From: Antedon mediterranea
Lineage: Eukaryota; Animalia; Echinodermata
NCBI RefSeq assembly: GCF_964355755.1
Contig: NC_092678.1
Location: 24,817,365 to 24,881,364, forward strand
Reading direction: 5' to 3'
Length of the DNA stretch: 64,000 bases
Position numbers and translations under genes: made by a program. Within the stretch, counting starts at the first letter, position 1. Every line of letters starts with the position of its first letter. Below the pieces are notes generated by a model. That model had not been told where the DNA came from. It worked only from the letters and a program-made list of their open reading frames with translations, and did not search any database. Positions 43,601 to 52,600 of the stretch are shown here, piece after piece.

Positions 43601-46600
43601 TTGAAGATAAGGCGGCGTTGAAAGGAACAGGCCACCCTAACACATAATGCTGCAAACTCAATCACTTGAAGATAAGGCGGCATTGAAAGGAACAGGCCAC
43701 CCTAACACATAATGCTGCAAACTCAATCACTTGAAGATAGGCGGCGTTGAAAGGAACAGGCCACCCTAACACATAATGCTGCAAACTCAATCACTTGAAG
43801 ATAGGCGGCGTTGAAAGGAACAGGCCACCCTAACACATAATGCTGCAAACACAATCACTTGAAGATAAGGCGGCGTTGAAAGGAACAGGCCACCCTAACA
43901 CATAATGCTGCAAACACAATCACTTGAAGATAAGGCGGCATTGAAAGGAACAGGCCACCCTAACACATAATGCTGCAAACACAATCACTTGAAGATAAGG
44001 CGGCGTTGAAAGGAACAGGCCACCCTAACACATAATGCTGCAAACTCAATCACTTGAAGATAAGGCGGTGTTGAAAGGAACAGGCCACCCTAACACATAA
44101 TGCTGCAAACTCAATCACTTGAAGATAAGGCGGCGTTGAAAGGAACAGGTCACCCTAACACATAATGCTGCAAACACAATCACTTGAAGATAAGGCGGCA
44201 TTGAAAGGAACAGGCCACCCTAACACATAATGCTGCAAACACAATCACTTGAAGATAAGGCGGCGTTGAAAGGAACAGGCCACCCTAACACATAATGCTG
44301 CAAACTCAATCACTTGAAGATAAGGCGGCATTGAAAGGAACAGGCCACCCTAACACATAATGCTGCAAACTCAATCACTTGAAGATAAGGCGGCGTTGAA
44401 AGGAACAGGCCACCCTAACACATAATGCTGCAAACACTATCACTTGAAGATAAAGCGGCGTTGAAAGGAACAGGCCACCCTAACACATAATGCTGCAAAC
44501 TCAATCACTTGAAGATAAGGCGGCATTGAAAGGAACAGGCCACCCTAACACATAATGCTGCAAACTCAATCACTTGAAGATAGGCGGCGTTGAAAGGAAC
44601 AGGCCACCCTAACACATAATGCTGCAAACACAATCACTTGAAGATAAGGCGGCGATGAAAGGAACAGGCCACCCTAACACATAATGCTGCAAACACAATC
44701 ACTTGAAGATAAGGCGGCGTTGAAAGGAACAGGCCACCCTAACACATAATGCTGCAAACTCAATCACTTGAAGATAAGGCGGTGTTGAAAGGAACAGGCC
44801 ACCCTAACACATAATGCTGCAAACTCAATCACTTGAAGATAAGGCGGCGTTGAAAGGAACAGGTCACCCTAACACATAATGCTGCAAACACAATCACTAG
44901 AAGATAAGGCGGCGTTGAAAGGAACAGGCCACCCTAACACATAATGCTGCAAACTCAATCACTTGAAGATAAGGCGGCGTTGAAAGGAACAGGCCACCCT
45001 AACACATAATGCTGCAAACTCAATCACTTGAAGATAAGGCGGCATTGAAAGGAACAGGCCACCCTAACACATAATGCTGCAAACACAATCACTTGAAGAT
45101 AAGGCGGCGTTGAAAGGAACCGGCCACCCTAACACATAATGCTGCAAACTCAATCACTTGAAGATAAGGCGGCATTGAAAGGAACAGGCCACCCTAACAC
45201 ATAATGCTGCAAACTCAATCACTTGAAGATAAGGCGGCGTTGAAAGGAACAGGCCACCCTAACACATAATGCTGCAAACACAATCACTTAAAGATAAGGC
45301 GGCGTTGAAAGGAACAGGCCACCCTAACACATAATGCTGCAAACTCAATCACTTGAAGATAAGGCGGCATTGAAAGGAACAGGCCACCCTAACACATAAT
45401 GCTGCAAACTCAATCACTTGAAGATAGGCGGCGTTGAAAGGAACAGGCCACCCTAACACATAATGCTGCAAACACAATCACTTGAAGATAAGGCGGCATT
45501 GAAAGGAACAGGCCACCCTAACACATAATGCTGCAAACACAATCACTTGAAGATAAGGCGGCGTTGAAAGGAACAGGCCACCCTAACACATAATGCTGCA
45601 AACTCAATCACTTGAAGATAAGGCGGTGTTGAAAGGAACAGGCCACCCTAACACATAATGCTGCAAACTCAATCACTTGAAGATAAGGCGGCGTTGAAAG
45701 GAACAGGTCACCCTAACACATAATGCTGCAAACACAATCACTAGAAGATAAGGCGGCGTTGAAAGGAACAGGCCACCCTAACACATAATGCTGCAAACTC
45801 AATCACTTGAAGATAAGGCGGCATTGAAAGGAACAGGCCACCCTAACACATAATGCTGCAAACTCAATCACTTGAAGATAAGACGGCGTTGAATAGAACA
45901 GGCCATCCTAACACATAATGCTGCAAACTCAATCACTTGAAGATAAGGCGGCATTGAAAGGAACAGGCCATCCTAACACATAATGCTGCAAACTCAATCA
46001 CTTGAAGATAAGGCGGCATTGAAAGGAACAGGCCACCCTAACATATAATGCTGCAAACTCAATCACTTGAAGATAAGGCAGCGTTGAAAGGAACAGGCCA
46101 CCCTAACACATAATGCTGCAAACACAATCACTTGAAGATAAGGCGGCATTGAAAGGAACAGGCCACCCTAACACATAATGCTGCAAACTCAATCACTTGA
46201 AGATAAGGCGGCATTGAAAGGAACAGGCCACCCCTAAAGGCCCATTTACACTAGGACGATAACGATCGACGATAAATAGACAAATGTGCATTTTTCATAC
46301 ATAAAACAAAAGAAATATAAAAACTTTTCATTGTAGAACTATAGAATAACCTTCTATGCTTCCTTTGATGAAAATGATATTTTCACACGTCCAATCAAAT
46401 GACGTCATGATTAGTAAGAGCAATAATATCCTGACAATACAACGATTTTATTGTTTTTATTTATCATGACGTCATTTGATTGGAATTTTAAAAATATTAT
46501 TTTTATCAAAGACAGCATAAATGATTATCCTATAGTTCTAGAACGAAAACCTTTATAATTTATTTTGTTTTATGTAAAAAAAAATGCATGTTTATATATT

Positions 46601-49600
46601 TATCGTCCATCGTTATCGTCCTAGTGTAAATGGGCCTTAACACATAATGCCGAGGCTTAGAATAATGAGCTCCTAATCCTACTAGCTCGTTTCCCATGTT
46701 CAGAATGAATACTGGATTCACTCTACACAAAGAAAGTGTGGCATTTACCTTGAAACAAAAGAGTGTTGTGGTTGGGCACATGTCTTTTGAGTGACCACCA
46801 TTTAGCTCGTAACCATTGAGGTGAACGCACACTTCTCCATCCCTGAGCTAGGTCATCCCAGTTTATTGCACCTTCACTTGTTTCTTCTGTTGAAACTAAC
46901 CTATAATATTTATACAATAACTCATTTATTCTCATCCTCTCTTTAAAGAATATAACTTCCTACCATCATCAATCTGACTTAGATCCCACCATACACGAAC
47001 TAAGTCCCAAAGTCCACATCACTTTATTTTAAAAACAGCTTTAACAGACAGATGATTTAACTATTTTATTTCATATACGTTTGCTGTAAACTGAGATCTC
47101 AGTTTACACCTCACTAACATATTCATAAAATAGTGATCAAACTTCAACTTACAGGTAAGTCTCGTTTAATCTTCCTATTTATGTATATATATTTGTTGTA
47201 TATATTTCAAATGTAATACAGAAATGTACAGAAAGGAATTTCAAATTTATTGTATGTTATTCAATTAGCAATTAGATTTTCTAGAAATAAATAAAATCTC
47301 GTACTTTTCAATCAATTTGTCATCATCTTCTTTCAACCAGTATGTTCCACCCGTTTTTTTCCAGTTTAAATAATTCAGCCATTTTGTCCGACATTGTTTC
47401 TCCGACCTTGTTCCAACCTGCTGTGCGACCTGGTTCCATGACACACCTGTAGTGACACTTGACCCCGGCACAGCGCCGGTCAGGTCATAAACAGACTCGG
47501 CCAATAGTTGTTCTTCATCTGGACTCCATTTTCCTAGAATTGTGTAAAAACATATTCTCATTCTAAAGCTATGTCTACATTATCAAACTTTATGTGATAA
47601 AAAAATGTGTGATGTGCCCATATATGGACATGATGATGTCATATCTCTACCATATTTTGCATATCACTACCATATTTGGATACATCACACTTTTTTTCTG
47701 AAACTAGTTTGATAGTGTAGACAGAGCTTAATAGTAAACAATAAGATTACAGAATAATTGACTGTTTATTATTAAAAATAAATAATGAAAGAAATTTCAA
47801 AGGAGAGATTGAGGACTCTTGACGGTAGATATATACCTTGATGTGAGCATGGTTTTAAAAGTCTAAATTTGTCCTTAACTGATGACGCACTACGACCCAT
47901 CTCAGTTCCAATGGACGCCCAATCATTGCCGTACTGCTCATGAAGACTGAAAGACAACAGATATAAAGTGAATATAAAATAATCCATGCATTTCCAAAAA
48001 CTTTATTATTTTGTTGTTTTTGTTTAATGTAATATTGGTTTTATTCAATCAGTGATTGTATTCTTTTGTATGTTAAAGAAAAAACAAACAAAACAAATGT
48101 AGTATTAATAGTAAAAGATGAATAAGAGTTAATTTATTGTGGTTTCTAGTGACAATTTCCTTGAATCTAAACTTTAAAAAAAATATGGAACACACGTTTG
48201 ATTTTAAGGTAAGTTAAACTTACTGTTTTTTATGGATATGAAGTGCAAAATAAAGAGAAATTGATAAATTGAATGATAGTCATTTCTTCCATCTATGATG
48301 ATACTTCTATAAGCATTTACTTACTCTTTTAGCCTTTCAATATCTTCTACACTGTACCTAGTAAAGACACAAGTATAAAAGATGACTTTCCATTGAAACT
48401 AAGTTTTATTGCTTATATTATTGGGCAACTACTATATGTTAACTCTCTTGTAACCAATTTTGGCCAATGATATGCCTACAGTATTATTGTAGTTTTCAGT
48501 GGTCCAGCATATTACAAGACAAATTATAAATATAACATTCCTACAATTGCACCCTCTGAAAATCAGAAACTCTCCAAAAACATAATTTTTTTTTAAAACC
48601 AATAGATGCACTGATTATGTTTAAACAACATAAAACCAACTCTCCTCTCATTATTTGAAGTCAGTTTTATATTACATAATTTTATTAATAATCCCAAATT
48701 GGATAATACAAAATGTGCAAATAGTTATTTTATGTCATGGCAGTAAGTCAAATAGGTTAGAAATACAACATTATTTCCATGTCACTTACTTGCCCATGTG
48801 GTTTTTAGTGTCATACATTCGTATTATCTTGCGATAGACTGCAAATAGAGGGCGGTTCAGTCCTTTTGCGATAAACCGATAGAATCCTTTACGTTCATCT
48901 TTCTTCATACAAAATATGACCTCTTGAGGATTAGTTAGATTCTCAATCTGAAAACAGAATTCATTTTTATAAAATGTTAGAGAAATAAGAAAAAAAAAGA
49001 AACAATGTCTTTGTTTGATTCCCTGTTACTACATGTGCACTTCAAGCCAAAACCATAGTATCACCAAAAGAATCTCCTATACCCCAGGGAAAAATTTCAT
49101 TTGAAAATTTTGTTTAGCAAAATTGCTATCAAACTGATTTTTTAGTCAAGAAACATAGTTTTGTATTGTATTTTTTGCTACACAATTGTAGAAATGTGTA
49201 GCAAAAAGGTTGTTTTGTATAGCTTTTTGCTATGCTACACTGGCGAAATTATTCCCTGATACCCATAATTAAGATGGACTTAAAACTGGAGGTTAAGTAC
49301 ACTTAATGTGCACTTAACAGAACCCAGTGAATATTTTGGTGTACTGGTCAATTTAAGCCCCTGTCACTAATGGAAACCACAAGTATGTCTCAATGGGATG
49401 AAAAGTAACGTATTTATTCTCATAATATAATTATAAGCTATACCTGAATGTATTCTGCTATATTTTTTTTCAATATGTCAATTTCATCTTTAGACCATAC
49501 ACCTTGTTTCCAGTTATGACCTGAAAAATATATTATATTATTATTATTATCATTTTTTAAATACATTGAATATACAGTTGCATTTCCTATAGAATGCAAT

Positions 49601-52600
49601 GGAAATTCTGTATATTATTTTACAGAATTCAAATTGAGGGCTCACTATACAATATTCTGATTACAACATAGAGGCATAGGTCCAGTGTACACATCTGCCT
49701 CATGTGCACTTTAAATAACCTAGTACATCTTTTGAGACGAGTAGGGGGTTACCCCGGTGTACTAATACATCACAGCCACTGATCATAACTGGGCCCTCTG
49801 GTGGGAGACCAGTCTTTGACTGAAGAGGTCACCCAGTATATTCTGATTACAACATAGAGGCATAGGTCCAGTGTACACATCTGCCTCATGTGCACTTTAA
49901 ATAACCTAGTACATCTTTTGAGACGAGTAGGGGGTTACCCCGGTGTACTAATACATCACAGCCACTGATCATAACTGGGCCCTCTGGTGGGAGACCAGTC
50001 TTTGACTGAAGAGGTCACCCAGTATATTCTGATTACAACATAGAGGCATAGGTCCAGTGTACACATCTGCCTCATGTGCACTTTAAATAACCTAGTACAT
50101 CTTTTGAGATGAGTAGGGGGTTACCCCGGTGTACTAATACATCACAGCCACTGATCATAACTGGGCCCTCTGGTGGGAGACCAGTCTTTGACTGAAGAGG
50201 TCACCCAGTATATTCTGATTACAACATAGAGGCATAGGTCCAGTGTACACATCTGCCTCATGTGCACTTTAAAGAACCTAGTACATCTTTTGAGACGAGT
50301 AGTAGGGGGTTACCCCGGTGTACTAATACATCACAGCCACTGATCATAACTGGGCCCTCTGGTGGGAGACCAGTCTTTGACTGAAGAGGTCACCCAGTAT
50401 ATTCTGATTACAACATAGAGGCATAGGTCCAGTGTACACATCTGCCTCATGTGCACTTTAAAGAACCTAGTACATCTTTTGAGACGAGTAGGGGGTTACC
50501 CCGGTGTACTAATACATCACAGCCACTGATCATAACTGGGCCCTCTGGTGGGAGACCAGTCTTTGACTGAAGAGGTCACCCAGTATATTCTGATTACAAC
50601 ATAGAGGCATAGGTCAAGTGTACACATCTGCCTCATGTGCACTTTAAAGAACCTAGTACATCTTTTGAGACGAGTAGGGGGTTACCCCGGTGTACTAGTA
50701 CACACAAACAAACATTGGTAATCAGCAAACTTTTATAGTAGTTGTCTATCAAGGGGGACACCTTTGGACTCAACAGAAAAGGGGGACACCTTTGGACTCA
50801 ACAGAAAAGGGGGACACCTTTGGAATCAACAGAAAAGGGGGACACCTTTGGACTCAACAGAAAAGGGTGACAACTTTGGACTCAACAGAAAAGGAGGACA
50901 CCTTTGGACTCAACAGAAAAGGGGGACACCTTTGGACTCAACAGAAAAGGGGGACACCTTTGGACTCAACAGAAAAGGGGGACACCTTTGGACTCAACAG
51001 AAAAGGGTGACCCTGCTCAAAAGAGTTTGTTCGTAGTTGTAAAATATACTGTTCCTTATTCTAAGGTAAAGTTTCCCTTAGGAAGTTGTCCTAAAAAGGA
51101 GTGTCCCACAATGCACAGTAACTTTAATTAGGAGAATGTTTGTCTTACCTTGTTCAGTTAAATTGTCTTTGCTTTGCTTTGATGTGAACCAGGATTGAGT
51201 TATAGGATCAAAAGTTTTATTTCTTGTGAACGCATTCTGAGATGACAAAAACTTTTAAGTGAAATACAACAGATGTCATGATATTATGTAAAAAAATCTT
51301 ACTGTATGTACTTATGATCTAATGATAGTAACAGACGATACAACTGACCTCATCGTGAGAAAACTGTGGAAGTGTATTGGCTAAGCTAACTGCTGCTGAT
51401 GCGCCTTCTAATTCATTATCTGGTGAAAAAAAAAATAGTTATCTTTAATTTAATTCCCGTCAATTTTCTATCATTATTAACACGGACCAGAATAAAAAAG
51501 GCATTTTCTGAAGTTGTACCTCAAATAAAAAAAATAGAACACAGAGAAAAACATAAGCAATGTTGATATCAACAAACAATAAAAGCACTCAGAAACTGAG
51601 TGAAGTACTTGGCAAAATATATCAGGGAAAACTTTATTCGGAGAGAAAGGAATCACTACTTAATATTAATGTTAAATGAGAAAACATCTCATTGGAAGAT
51701 ACAGGAAGGTTATATTCTAGTTCAATAAGCTATTTCAAAACTTTAATTTTAATTCAAAACTAAATCTAATTAATGCTCAATGATTAAAACTTCTTTTATC
51801 TTGTTTCAAAATCTCAATTATTTATGTTTTAACCTTTAAATGTGCTTACTTTAATTGTGTTAATTTGATTTTGATAATTTTAGGTTTAATTTTATATTTT
51901 CTTTTGTCCATTTATATACTGTATTTTGTTTACATTTATGTAGTTAAGAACTGAACCACTTTGGAAATCAGTACATTGTAATGAAAGTGTATTTCAGAAT
52001 AAAGAAAGATTAAATAAATAAATAAATAAAATTTGTGGCATGAGCAATATATCAATTTTCCTGAAAATCAGGTATGTTCTGTAAGTATATAACTATGTAC
52101 ACCGACATTTTAAGAATGCTAACTTAAAAACTGCTACCATGCTAACAAACTAAGCAAGTAATATACTTAGCAAAATTCTATTTTTCCAAGTACTAATTGA
52201 CAAACCTTGTACGTCATGAAGGCTTCCAACTGTGATGTTCTGATCTGCAACGTGAATAACTTTGGCCTTTTTTATCATAAAGTTATTGATTATTGAATTA
52301 TCTTTTCGTTTGTAGTCATTTAATACACCTGAAATTAAAGTAAGATGAAATATATATGAACAATAAAAATTGGTGGAAAAAAGCTTAATTTATATAATTT
52401 ATCGTGCCTATAAACTAACGCCCGTATTCTTAAACCGGACTTTAGTCGTAGTTCGAAGTTCAACTTGAAAAAGTCGTAGTTCGAGCTATTACTTCAAATT
52501 CGATTAAAAAACGAAGTAGTCGAAGTTTGCAGTTCGACTTTATGAAGTCGAGCTTTTAGTCGAGTTGCACACGTCTGGGTAACAAAGGCTATACATTGGC

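Noticed and set aside
50764-51131. GDTFG-repeat ORFs resembling a zinc-finger or repeat protein
   Set aside because: The 28-bp unit cycles through frames and is not coding.
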